IMG/VR virus record: IMGVR_UViG_3300032233_001500
Span: 1 to 64,000 of that record
Length of the DNA: 64,000 bases
DNA from: a virus
Taxonomy: Duplodnaviria; Caudoviricetes
Reading direction: 5' to 3' (one strand)
Part shown: positions 27,532 through 39,800 of the stretch, piece by piece
How the letters are laid out: each line of letters starts with the position of its first letter
Position numbering within the stretch: the stretch's first letter is position 1
Translations under genes and position numbers: made by a program
The notes under the pieces: model-generated
Databases searched by the model: none
Seen by the model: only the letters and a program-made list of their open reading frames with translations
What the model was told of the DNA's origin: nothing

Positions 27532-28580
27532 TATACATCAGTCCCTTTTGTGTTACTATAAACTTTACCGTCAGAATACTCATAACGATATTCACTAAAT
27601 CCAAAGTCATCGTCAAGATTGATGAGGTCATTATCTAGTTGATTAATTACATTGACCGCAGTTCCTTCTGCATGAGTCGTAATTTCAGTTTTATCTTGAC
27701 CTCTATTAACTAATAGAGTATTTCCATTAATTTGTTTAATATACATTGATTCATTATCAATTTGAACATAAGACTCTGCGACTAATGATGTTGCATCAGA
27801 AACAGTAAATTCTGTAATTTCAGTTGAAATATCTTCTGTAATGGTGGTAGTTCCATCATTATTATAATCTTTAAGTGATCTTGGTTCCGCAATATACCTA
27901 AGTTGTCTGGTAGAATTGGCTCTATCAGTAGTACTATAGTAATCAACTTGTACTTTCTTAATAAGTCCCTCATTCTGACCACCAGCAGGACCAAACAAGT
28001 AAGTTTTTGCTGTAAAATCTAAAGTATAAATTAAAGCCCTTCTTTCAGTATAGTCACCTTCATATTGATCGTCCATATTGATTCTCTCAAGAATCATTGG
28101 AATGTCTCTTTTTTCCCCAATTTCTTTTACCAAATCTACGGTAAGAGTAAATTGTGGTTGAAAATATGGAAGAATTTGTTCTATGATTTGTAGAGCATCT
28201 TCATTTAATTTTGATAAAATTGAAAGCCTTATATGAATATTATAAGGCACAGGCATAAAAGTTTTTGTTAACTTATTATCAGTCGTCTCTAAAGATTTAA
28301 AAGTTTGTAGTGTAGATACTTTTCTACCTGGATCATAAGTAATTCCTGTCATCTCAAATGACATTCTTGGCAAAGTAATTGCAACTCTTTTTCTTAGATC
28401 TGGTACTTGTTCCAATCTTGCTAAGAATTTCTGAACTGGACCATAAGCAATAGGAACGGTGAGAATACTAAAATCTGTTGCGTCGTTCTTCTTATGTTTT
28501 ATCTGAATATCATTAAAAAGAGTACCAAAAGATACAATGGTCTTTCTCAATATTTCGTGATAAAAATAATGACCTAACAT
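27531..28580 (-). CDS. gp15: Tail sheath stabiliser / tail terminator
   Basis: YFYHEILRKTIVSFGTLFNDI, VPIAYGPVQKFLARL, ITLPRMSFE, EQILPYFQP. Confidence 0.93.
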   Translation of the reverse strand: MLGHYFYHEILRKTIVSFGTLFNDIQIKHKKNDATDFSILTVPIAYGPVQKFLARLEQVPDLRKRVAITLPRMSFEMTGITYDPGRKVSTLQTFKSLETTDNKLTKTFMPVPYNIHIRLSILSKLNEDALQIIEQILPYFQPQFTLTVDLVKEIGEKRDIPMILERINMDDQYEGDYTERRALIYTLDFTAKTYLFGPAGGQNEGLIKKVQVDYYSTTDRANSTRQLRYIAEPRSLKDYNNDGTTTITEDISTEITEFTVSDATSLVAESYVQIDNESMYIKQINGNTLLVNRGQDKTEITTHAEGTAVNVINQLDNDLINLDDDFGFSEYRYEYSDGKVYSNTKGTDV

Positions 28581-28609
28581 AATGTGAGTGTGGTTTTGAT
28601 AGTATTAAT

Positions 28610-28616
28610 TATTTAG
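28610..28616 (-). promoter_or_regulatory. Late promoter variant CTAAATA overlapping the gp14 stop
   Basis: - strand TAC TAA ATA. Confidence 0.6.
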
Positions 28617-30016
28617 TATTCACCAAAAGGATTTTTTTCACTAAAACTTACAATTGAATCGGCCTCAAGTTCTATTTCTATATTTTGTGCAAATGCATCT
28701 AAGAACTCATTATTTTGTACAGAGGAAATTTTATAACTTGACGCTGCACCAACTAAAGCTTCTCCAAGTGCAAAACTTCCGTCTACAACAGAAACTTTAA
28801 GAACTCTAGTATTTGCATCCCAACTCTTAACATATGCAGTTGTTCCACTCTTAGTTCCCGTTACCAGTTCATTATAAGTATAATCACCAAATGTGACTGC
28901 AGTTGGATCAGTGAAAGAAATACTTGGTAAAGTAGTATAACCAGCACCAGCATTTGAATAACGAACTGCAACAACAACTCCATTTGTGTTGACAAAGGTT
29001 TCTGCAATTGCTGATGTACTGGAAATTCCACCACTGAATGTGATTGTTGGAACTGTAGAATATCCAACTCCACCACTAGAAATTGCAACAGGACCAAGAA
29101 CACGTCTTGCAATTACTGCAGTAGCAATAGCACCAGATCCACTATTACTTAAAATAGTGACCGTTGGTGGTTGAGTATATCCATAACCAGGATTGGTAAG
29201 AAGTATTCTGTCAATTGATGACCCAGTTTGACCTGTACGACTGGTCATAATTGCAACAGCAGTTGCAGTTAATCCGCCAGGTCCAGCCGTAGATATTGCA
29301 ACGGTTGGGGTAGACAGATATGCATATCCATCATTGATCAGATCAATATATTGAACAGAATATACAGAAGGATTTGAAGATGCATAAGAAACCGTAGCAA
29401 TTGCAGTAGTTGCTGCAGTTCCTACCATTTGAATTGTATAAATGTTTCCAAGATCTTTAATGGACTCATTAATACTAATACCATCCATATCAACTTCTGG
29501 AACATCAATAATTTCATCTTCATATTCAAATCTTTCACATCTAAGTTCATAAACGTAAAGATTATTTAATTGGTAGAATGGTTGTTTACCCTCTACATAT
29601 TTAATTTCAAATAAAGATTCATCAAGTGGGAAGAAAATCAAATCCCCTTCTTGTGGACGAGTTGCAACTTTAATTTGATCAGCGGGCCATAACTTTAAAA
29701 GAGGAGAAATAAAATCATCATATCTTTCTTTTGAAATAATCAAATTAATTTCATCTTTACTTCTTACACCAAACTTTGATAAAAGATCTCCATTTCCACT
29801 AAAACCCTGATAATTCATCAAGTATGCTTCAATTCTATAACTATCATCAAATCTTGAAGCGGTTATTTCTTTGATGATACTATTTTCTCCTACAATTTTT
29901 CTAGGCATATAAAGAACATCTTGTCCATACATCTTCAACTGTTCGTTGATTAAGTCTTGGACAAGTCTTTGTTCGCTTGGCGATCCTTGTAAAAAGTAAG
30001 AATTGAGTGGAGACAT
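28613..30016 (-). CDS. gp14: Neck protein, with an internal Ser/Thr/Gly repeat insertion
   Basis: EQRLVQDLINEQLKMYGQDVLYMPR, RPQEGDLIFFPL, FEIKYVE, YVYELRCERFEY, and a C-terminal FSEKNPFG. Confidence 0.92.
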   Translation of the reverse strand: MSPLNSYFLQGSPSEQRLVQDLINEQLKMYGQDVLYMPRKIVGENSIIKEITASRFDDSYRIEAYLMNYQGFSGNGDLLSKFGVRSKDEINLIISKERYDDFISPLLKLWPADQIKVATRPQEGDLIFFPLDESLFEIKYVEGKQPFYQLNNLYVYELRCERFEYEDEIIDVPEVDMDGISINESIKDLGNIYTIQMVGTAATTAIATVSYASSNPSVYSVQYIDLINDGYAYLSTPTVAISTAGPGGLTATAVAIMTSRTGQTGSSIDRILLTNPGYGYTQPPTVTILSNSGSGAIATAVIARRVLGPVAISSGGVGYSTVPTITFSGGISSTSAIAETFVNTNGVVVAVRYSNAGAGYTTLPSISFTDPTAVTFGDYTYNELVTGTKSGTTAYVKSWDANTRVLKVSVVDGSFALGEALVGAASSYKISSVQNNEFLDAFAQNIEIELEADSIVSFSEKNPFGEY

Positions 30017-30017
30017 A

Positions 30018-30839
30018 TTATCCTATGAGATCCAATGGTGGTAGTTCGTATTCTGTCTTCAGTAATCTATCGCATTCTTCTAAATCTTTCATTGCATCTT
30101 CATACATCTGTCTTCCATTAAGTTGAACTCCACCTGGAAGCAAAACTCCTTGGAACTTAATCATATTTTGTCCCCACTGCCTCTTAATCAAAGCGGTGAG
30201 ATATTTTTTAAGCCACCAATCATTATACAGAGTTGGTGTGTTTGATGGATCTAAAATTCTATAACAATCTACGATTACATATTCATCTCCACCAACACTA
30301 CCCCAGTCAATATCTAAGTAAAGTTTATGATTTTTCTTATTAAATCTAATTTGTGCAGTAGGATTGATAAGAAAATCCAGATCTTCTAGATAAGTCTTTA
30401 CCATTGCATAGTTTAGAATATCAAGCGCACCATAATAATAAACGTCATTCAAGAATAACTGATATTTGATATTAAAGAGACCATCAGAAATCGTACTTGC
30501 GTTAATTTTAAGTACGTTATTTACTCCAATGATTGTATCTGGGAGAGGAAGATAATTAACTCCTTCTACCCAAGTTGCAGAAGTTAATCCAGTTCCAACA
30601 ATTGGTGCAGATGTGGAGGTGGTTACTCCTAGATGTATGGTGTCCTTCTGTGCCGGAGTAAGTTTATGTTTTAGAAATACACGATCAATTCCATCATAAT
30701 GTCTTTCGTGGAAATATTGAATTGCATCATCAATCAGATTATCAATCTGATCATCATCTACATTTATTTCTAATACTGGTTTTCCAAGCTGTTTGAGGCA
30801 GTATTCTTTCAACTCCGCTCTACTGGCTGGTTGTGCCAT
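30018..30839 (-). CDS. gp13: Neck protein (head-tail adaptor)
   Basis: PASRAELKEYCLKQLGKPVLEINVDDDQI, WLKKYLTALIKRQWGQN, LPGGVQLNG. Confidence 0.94.
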   Translation of the reverse strand: MAQPASRAELKEYCLKQLGKPVLEINVDDDQIDNLIDDAIQYFHERHYDGIDRVFLKHKLTPAQKDTIHLGVTTSTSAPIVGTGLTSATWVEGVNYLPLPDTIIGVNNVLKINASTISDGLFNIKYQLFLNDVYYYGALDILNYAMVKTYLEDLDFLINPTAQIRFNKKNHKLYLDIDWGSVGGDEYVIVDCYRILDPSNTPTLYNDWWLKKYLTALIKRQWGQNMIKFQGVLLPGGVQLNGRQMYEDAMKDLEECDRLLKTEYELPPLDLIG

Positions 30840-30874
30840 AAAAAAATACCCCTAGTCTTCTAGAGGTATTTATA
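30840..30874 (-). terminator. Terminator-like hairpin overlapping a late promoter (TATAAATA, 30867-30874) and the gp13 ribosome-binding site
   Basis: - strand TATAAATACCTCTAG-AAGA-CTAGGGGTATT-TTTTT-ATG: 11-bp stem with one G-U pair, a 4-nt loop and a U-tract. Confidence 0.7.
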
Positions 30875-30890
30875 AATTATATCCAAGTTT

Positions 30891-33800
30891 TTATTTATTT
30901 TTTAGATCTTCAACTTCCTTACGAAGGATGTCAATTTGAACTTGTTGTTCTTTAATTGCTTCAATAAGTACAGCAACAATGTTTCCGTATGCAACACTCT
31001 TCATTCCAAGATTATCTTCGGAAACTATCTCTGGAATAACTTCTTCTACTTCTTGTGCAATTAATCCAACATGGATTTTTGTCTTGTCTTCCTGATCTTT
31101 TCTTGTGAAAGTAACACCATTCAGGCTAAGTACTTTTTCAAGACCATTTTGAATGATTTCAATATTATCTTTAAGTCTAATATCAGAACTTGCAGTAACA
31201 GTACCTGCCATTGTAAGATTACCAGACATATCCATCTGCAATCTATTTGCAGATGCAGACCATCCACCAATTCGGAGTACATTATCAGAATCTAGTCCCA
31301 TATTAACTGCATAATTACCTGATCTATGGAATGACATAAATGCAGCGTTAGTACCTGTAGCATATGCCTGAAGTGGAGGAGAGCTTAAGGCACCTAAAGT
31401 TGTGCCTAGATTTGATTGGAAATTGATTGCATTGGTTACGGTATCTCCACCACGAGCAATTGCATAAGAACTATAATTACTACTGTCTACGAGTTTTTTC
31501 CAGGCTGCCCAAGTTGTAGTTGAACCACTTCTTTGCCAAATATTGCCGTTATCAGTAAATCCAAGTTGGTGAGATAAACCACCACTCCAATCTGTTGAAC
31601 TTCCATATTGGCGGAAAGTCATCTCACCAAAATAAGTTCCACCATCACTTAAACTTTCTGTAGAATTTGCTTTGAAGTCAAATACTACACCTTGATTTAT
31701 AGTTTGTGGCGTAGTAACAGTATTCCTACTATCGGTTACTACAACTTGAGTTGCAGTAGAAGCATTACCACTTAATGTTGCAGTAATCGTACCAGCACTA
31801 AAGTTACCAGAAGCATCACGAGCAACAATAGTTGATACGGTGTTTGCTGTTGCAGAGTTTAATCCATCAAGTAAATCAGCATTTAAGTTTGTTACTAATG
31901 TAGTAGAAGAAACTGTGAGTGGTGCAGTTCCTGTGGATACTGTGGATGTCAATGTAGTTGCCGAAAGAGCTCCAACAAGTGTTAATGCTCCACCACCAGT
32001 TAGAGTAGCAGCAAGAGTTGTTCCACCATACCACTTAAATCCTGTTGAAGTAGTTTGGGTTCCAAACCAAAGGAATCCAGATTCAATTCCCAATCCATAA
32101 TCTGTAGTAGACCCAGTTACTCCACTATAAAGAGCAATCTTAAGTCCAGCACTTCTTGTCGTAAATGCAGGGGCTGCAACACCAGTTGTACCAAAATCAA
32201 TCCAGTTATTTGTTGCACCACTAAAGGTTAATTGTCCAGCAGTTGTTGAACCACCACCATTTAAAGTTGCTGTAGTATGAGTACCTGTTCCGTTACTAAT
32301 ATTACCACTAAAAGTAGCAGTAATAGTACCGGCACTGAAGTTACCCGAAGCATCACGAGCAACAACAGTTGATACCGTGTTTGCAGTTGCTGTCAATAAT
32401 CCATTATGATACTGAGCATTCAAGTTTGAAACTAAAGTTGTTGAGGTAACTGTTAGTGGTGATGTACCTTGTGTAATATTGGAAATTAATTGAGTTCCAG
32501 TAACTGTTCCAGATGCAGTTGCATTACCAGTTTGATCAACATTGAATATATTGGTTGAACTTTGATTCCTGAAGAATATTGATCCCGTATATTGCAGATA
32601 GAAGTTTGAATTATATGCTTGGAGTTTATATCCCTTTTCACCACTCCAAGTTCCACCAGTAGTAAGAACAATGTCTCCGTTTGCCCCTACCGTAACTGCG
32701 CCACTGGCTCCACTATTAAATGATACGGAACCAACGAATGTTGGAGTTGTAGTTAAGTTATAAACACTACCATTACCAAGTAAAATTGCACCATTTGATG
32801 GAAGACCACTAAGTCCAGTACCACCACGAGAAATTGGAATATTGCCTGAAGTATTAGCAATATCCAAGTAGTAAGAAGCCGCATTACCGTTAAAGGTTGC
32901 AGCATCAATATCACCACCTTGAGCCAAGGTCTTAATGTACACTGACCCTGTGCCATCACCAGTTATACCAAATGTAGAACTCTTAAATTTAGCAACACCA
33001 AGAGTGGAGTATAAATCACCAGTAGCTAATACTCTATTTAAAGTTAACTGAACGTTTCCATAATAAGTATTAATTCCCACTCCACCTGATGCTAAATCTG
33101 CACTACTATAAGTAACACCAATTGGTTGAGTCGTACCAATTCCAACAGAACTTACTGCTTTACTCCAAGTCGAATCTCCCCTCAAAAATGTTTGATTATT
33201 TGCAGTTCCAGAAGCAAGTCTGGAGGGAACTAATATACCAGAGACAACGTTAGCAGCATCAATTGTACTAGTTGCTAAAAGAGCCCAGTTGGAGAGAATA
33301 GATGACGATGTATTTACCGTAGCGTTATACGTAACATTTTGTTTTGTTAATGTCATAGTGCCGCCGGAATTGGCACTAGTTAAATCAACTGGATTATAAA
33401 GAAGTCCATTTGCAGATAGGATAGCATCAGCTTTAATCGAATGTAGTGTAAATGTATTGGTAGTTCTGGAACCAATGTAATAATAATTACCAGTTGTGAC
33501 TCCAGTTGGTGTATTACCACTAACTTTTACTGGATCCCCCTGAGATAATCCATGATTTGCAAAAGTTAATTGATTTGTATCCGTATTTACCCCAACTCTT
33601 GTAAGTTTGTGAGTACCTGTACCACTAGAAGTGTAGTCTTTTTTAGTTACAAGAGCATATGTAGTATAAAGTTCTACAGAAGTAACACCAACTCTCTTAA
33701 TGTAATAAGTTTCAGCATCAAGTAAAGGTGTGAGAACATTTCCGCCTTGCGTGGAATAAACTACGGGATCTCCATCGGAGAAGGTATTAATACCAATTAC

Positions 33801-36800
33801 AATTCTATCATTTATGAAGTCTACATTACCTCCAATACTTACATCTGTTGGAGAAAATGTTGATGTTAAAGCAACTCCTACGCTTATACTTGTAGAAATA
33901 GATCCCGCATTCCCGTCTTGAATATAGTCAGGTAAATTAGCGGATCCGGTAAATTTGTTATTATTTGTTAATGATAAGTATAATCTAGTTTCAACTGATC
34001 CAACTTTAGTAGTAAAGTTGGATCCACCAGTTCTACCTCCGATAGAAGCTGGATTATTCAATGTAAGCGTATCATTAACTGCGTAATAACGTCCACCAGT
34101 ATTAATTGCAACATTGGAAACTGTACCAGCAGCGCTAACCGTAATTGTAGCTGTCATACTGGTCCCAATACCACTGGCAGAATCCAATTGAATTCCAGTG
34201 TAAATACCCGCAACCAAGTATCCAGAACCCCCTACAAGAGTGTTTAGAGACAATCCAACACCCCTTACAAGACCCGTAGTACCATACCCAACATAAGTGG
34301 GTGCAGTAACAACACCGATAGCAGCACCAGCTGATACGGTACTAGTTACAACAGCTCCATTTGCAAAGTTATATACTGTATTATTATCAAGAATTAAATA
34401 TTGACTATAAACATCACTAATCATAACCCAAGAATTTGACGGTTCAATAACAGTATCACCACTAAATAAATTTGTGGCTGGTATTGTATTGACAAGATAA
34501 ATTCTTCCCCCATCAGTGGATGATTTGAAGTAATTAACTGTTTTTGGTGGAATTAAGTCTGCATTAATTTGTCCAATAGAATTGAGTTGCACAACTCCAC
34601 CTGGAATAGCATTAGTCGTTAAATTTTTATCAATAAATGAACCAAGTCTGTTGTTGAGGAATGATCTAGTAGCCAATTGAGTTGGTACACGATAATCCTG
34701 TGGACCAGAAATTTCATTATCACCAAGTCCTGCATCGATTGAGAATTCCGTAATTGCTGTACCACCAGAAAGACTTAAACGAAGACTATCAAGCGTACCA
34801 ATTGTAACAGTATTATTGAAAATAATATTACCGGTCCTATTATATGCCGTAATAAAATTACCAACCTTAAAGTCGCCAAGTTCGTTTGTACCAGTTGAGT
34901 ATACACGGCCACCAAATTCGCCAACTTGTTCCCTACCATCTATCGATAAACCTCCATTTTGCGGTAATGCATTATAATCTGTGCCGGAACCTGCATATTC
35001 CCACGCATGGGAATTTGCATTAATTATGGATGGTCTATGGAAATGGCAACGATAGTTTTCTGGTAGAGAAGAAATACCTGTAATAACTGTACCAGAATTT
35101 GTGGAATCTACTTTGAAATAAGTTGTATAGTAGGTGCTGAGACCAGCAACGTTACTGACTCCAATTGAAATTGGAGATGGACTGTGATCAATAATATCAA
35201 GATTTGTTGTTCCATTTGAAATCTGGAAGAATCTAAGATTTCCTCCAGAAGATTCTACAGAAACTACCAATTGTCTCGTAGAATTGTTGTAAGTATATGC
35301 AAAACCAACTGCTGTTCCACCAACAACTGTTTGGGTAATTTGTCTTCCAGAAACAAATCGTGCAGTACTTCCAACACCAGCAAGTGTCAAAGTCTGATAG
35401 TTGTTGTGAGTAGAAAGTACCGCCTTATTGAAAAAGTCTTGATTATTTTTTACAAATGTATTAATACCTGTAGTTGATGATGTTAAATCAACAACTCTTG
35501 TTAGACTATCATCTTCTGTAAGTTTAAATGTATTTGAATTGATATATGAGATATAATACTGGTTGCCATTAACTAGTCCACCAATTATTCTTTGTGGTAA
35601 AGCTTGTTCATCTCCATAATAAATTACACTATCACCTGCACTAAATGGATGTGAAAGTGAAGTAATAGTATCTAATGAAGTATCTACTGCAGTTGCAGCA
35701 TTAACTTCCAGTGTTACTGTAAGTGGTTTGAAATTAGAAGTTCTGTCAATCAAATTATCATCAAAAAATCTTAGAACGTAAAGATCTTGATTGATTCTAC
35801 CAAGACCAATAACTGTGAGAGTCTGTAATCCACCACTAGTGCCGGTCAAGGCAATTCTTCCACGATCAAACCTAAAGGAATTTGAACTATATCCTTGAGA
35901 TCTTAATGCATATAATCCAAAGTTAGTTGCAGAGTTTGTAATGGATAGATACCCACCAGATTGGCATAATGATCCATATTTACAGAAAATTTGGAAACAA
36001 GAAACAACTTGAGCATAACCATCATTAATTGTGCGCCAACCAATGCCACCAAAAGAAGTCATTGTAAAGGTTGCAGCAACCATGGATTTACCAAATTCAG
36101 GTTGTGAGCCAGCTACAGGATTTTCACCTTCTTCCGGAATAATTGCTTGGTTCGGAGAAGAAACTTTAGAACCATCTACAAGAATACCATTTGCACCCAA
36201 GAATGATATAATAGAACAGTTTTGGATGTACGGTGATCTGGTGATGCTAGGTTTAGTGGTCTTAACGGCATAACCAGTCCTACTTACGCTAGTATCTGAG
36301 GGATCATCAAAAGCTACAGCATAATCAAATGTATATTGTGGAACACCTGCAGCATCCGCATAATCCTTCATCGCAAATCCGGTTACATAACAACCATTTC
36401 TTACACGGAATAAATCTTTACCCGCATTCTGTGGTCGAATGATAGTATTTCTAAGGTTGTCTCCAATAATTGCAATATCTTCATAGAGAATAATTGGATT
36501 ATCTTCCAAATATTCACCAGCTTCACATATGATAGCAATTGGATTTGATTTAGACGTTGGGGATACAATTGTTGGAGCTGCAGTTGATCCAATTCCAATA
36601 ATACTTGTAATAACCCCGACCAGAGTTGCAATACTACTCAATACGTTTGCACATCCAGTAGTAGCATAACCAACTGGATTTACAGAATCATCATAAGCAA
36701 TAGTAAAATCATAAGTTTGATATACAGATGTTTGATATAAACCTACTGGACGAGTAATTGATGGAGAATAAGTAACGCCTTGACCAACAATTGTAGTGAT

Positions 36801-39800
36801 AATTCCAACAAGAGTATTGATGTTACTTCTTACGTTTGCACATCCAGTAGTAGCATAACCAACTGGATTTGCAGAAACATCATAAGCAATTGATAAATCT
36901 TTGACTTGTGCAGTAGATCCTACTCCAACTTGATAGGATACAGGAACTGTTATATTATTGATAATATAACTAGAAATGCCAGCAATATATCTAAAAGAAT
37001 CAACGGTTTCTACTTGTTCTCCAGTTACATAACTAGTACCGAGTCCACTCCAATATGAAACACCTGCGCCAACGGACTTATAATTACCACCGTACTTAAC
37101 ATCATATGCAAGAGCATCAACAATATATCCAACATCTCTAAGACATTTAGTTCTACTATAAGTTGGATTGGACAATAATCCAGGATAAATTGCAGTTACA
37201 TATCCTACAGCTTCTGCAGCAATATAATTTTTGTTTAGAATAAGTAATCTAGAAGCATCATCGTATCTTCCGCCTGGATCTGCTAGTGGAACATTATTGA
37301 TAATATATTTAGAAATATCTACAATATGAGTAAAGGAGTCAATAGTTTGGATTTTTTCACCATCAACATAACTTGTACCGACACCACTATAATAAGATAA
37401 ACCAGCTCCTACTGACTTAGAATTACCATTATAACTAAGGTCATAAGCAAGAGCATCTACAATATACCCTACGTCTCTATAACATACATCTCTATAATAA
37501 TTTGCATCCGTAGTAATTCCTGGATATGTTGCAGTTAAGAATCCTACAACTTCTTCTTGAATGAATGTTCTGTTCTTAGTGAGTAGATCAGCAGCATCCA
37601 AAAATCTACCAGGAGGAAGAACAAATGATTCAAATGAAGCTAATTGTGCTGCTTTCTTAACTGATTTAACTGGTTTTGTTTTACCATCGTTTGTATCACT
37701 ACCATTTGTCGCCGAAACATAAAGTCTATTTTCATACAAACCACCAGGGTTGGTAGTAAATCCAAGATTACCAGAAGCATCAACTGCTAAAACTTGACCA
37801 TCCTTACCTGCAGTTGGTGGTAAAGTTAATGTATAATTTGTAGCTACTCCAGTTTGGGAGAGTTTAAACGTTACTGTTTGATTTAATCCAGTATTGGTAT
37901 TAACTCCAATAAAATTCAACGTTGAATTGATTCCAACTTGATTTGAATAGAAATTAGTAACATAACCAGAACTGGATCGTATTGAATTTAATCCAGAAAT
38001 ATTTGAATTCTCTGGGTCAAGGGTTATACTTGCAGTACCAATAGTAAGAACTCCAGTTATTCTTGCATTTCCAGTTACAATTAGATCGGTGGTTGCTCCA
38101 CCAATAACAACATTTCCAAAAGTGGAAATTCCAGTATACTTGACATTTGTACCAGTAAGATTGGTGATAATACCGGTTTGAACTTTCAATGTTGCAATAC
38201 TTGCAACACCGGCATTGGTCATATCAAGATTGGATGATGTAACACTTGAAATATTACCACTTGCAATTAAAGCCTGGGCAAAGGTGGAAATTCCCGTATA
38301 TTGAATATTCTTACCAATCAAATTGGGAATTGTGCTGAGTCCGGTTGTTCCATCGGTAAATGTAAAACTAGTTGTTTGAATACCCGAATTGAGTGCTGGA
38401 GTATTCAATGTTATTGAACTTGTACCAATAGAAACCACATAAGAATTGGCAGGAATATTTGTACCAGTTACTGCATATGAAGAATAAACTCCAAAAGTAC
38501 TGACACCACTAATAATACTTGTGCCTGCTATTGATAATGTACCAGTATATGTAAAGGATAATCTATCACTTGCTACAATTTTATTTGATATATTAAGTTG
38601 GTTTGCACTTAGAGTTGTTACTCCGGAAATAGATGCATCATTTCCAGATAAGATAATAGAAGAAACGCCGACTGTAAGAATTCCACTTACTCTTGAATTT
38701 ACGAGAGTACTACTGTTTAAAGTTGCTATTCCACTTACATATAATTGACTACCTATTCCAGAAGTAAAATATAACTCAGAAGCAACTAATCCAACACTGG
38801 AGATGGTAGTACCAATTCCAATATTAATATACGACGTGTCTACGGATAAAGAGCTTACAGTTAGATTTCCAGTAACTATTCCACTGTTGATATAAGCTGT
38901 AGTAATAATACCCGTGTTTATTCTAGCTGTACTTATAGATCCTGTTGTAAAAATGCCCGCATTTACAATCGCAGTATCTATAAAAGCAGTCGTAATAATA
39001 CCTGCATTTACCAATAAAGTGTTTATAGTTGCAATTCCAATCGCATCAACATTAGTTGTATTTAAAGTTGTTATCGTTGCAACGCCACTAATATTGGAAT
39101 TGGTTGATTTTAAAGTTGTTATCGTTGCAACACCACTTATATTAGTATAAGTAGAAGTTAAATTAGTAACTATTCCAGCATTAATATAAGCATTCTGAAC
39201 AGTTTGTGTAGATATTATTGCATCTGTAATATTGGCTTGATTTAATGTAGTTACTCCACTTACGGAAGCACTTGTAAAAATACCAGAATTTGCCGTAACC
39301 GTGGTAAAAATTCCACGTCCTGCAGTAATGGTGCTTATATAAACATTTCCAAAGATTCCATTATCTACATACAGAGTTGATATAGTACCAATTCCGGTAA
39401 CATTGGAATTGGTGGAAGTTATAGTAGTAACTATTCCACTTTGAATGTAAGCGTTTTGAATAGTTGCCTGAGATGATCCTACATTCGTAATAATACCGCT
39501 ATTAATATATGCATAATTTATAGACTCAATATTTACATTTGAATCGGTAACAAATTGTTTAGTAATAGTGGCACTAGTAATTCCAACAGTACCAATTGTA
39601 CCTCTAGTAATAGTGGCACTAGTAATTCCAGCGGTTGTAATGCCTGCATTATCAATAGTAGCATTATTTACAAGTAATGATACCGCTGCAGCATTATTTG
39701 TATTTAAAACATCAACGTTAATTTGACCAGATAATAAATCCGTAAAAGAAAAGTCTGTAGCAAATCCTGAATTAGAAAATACAAAAGTTATTGGTCTAGT

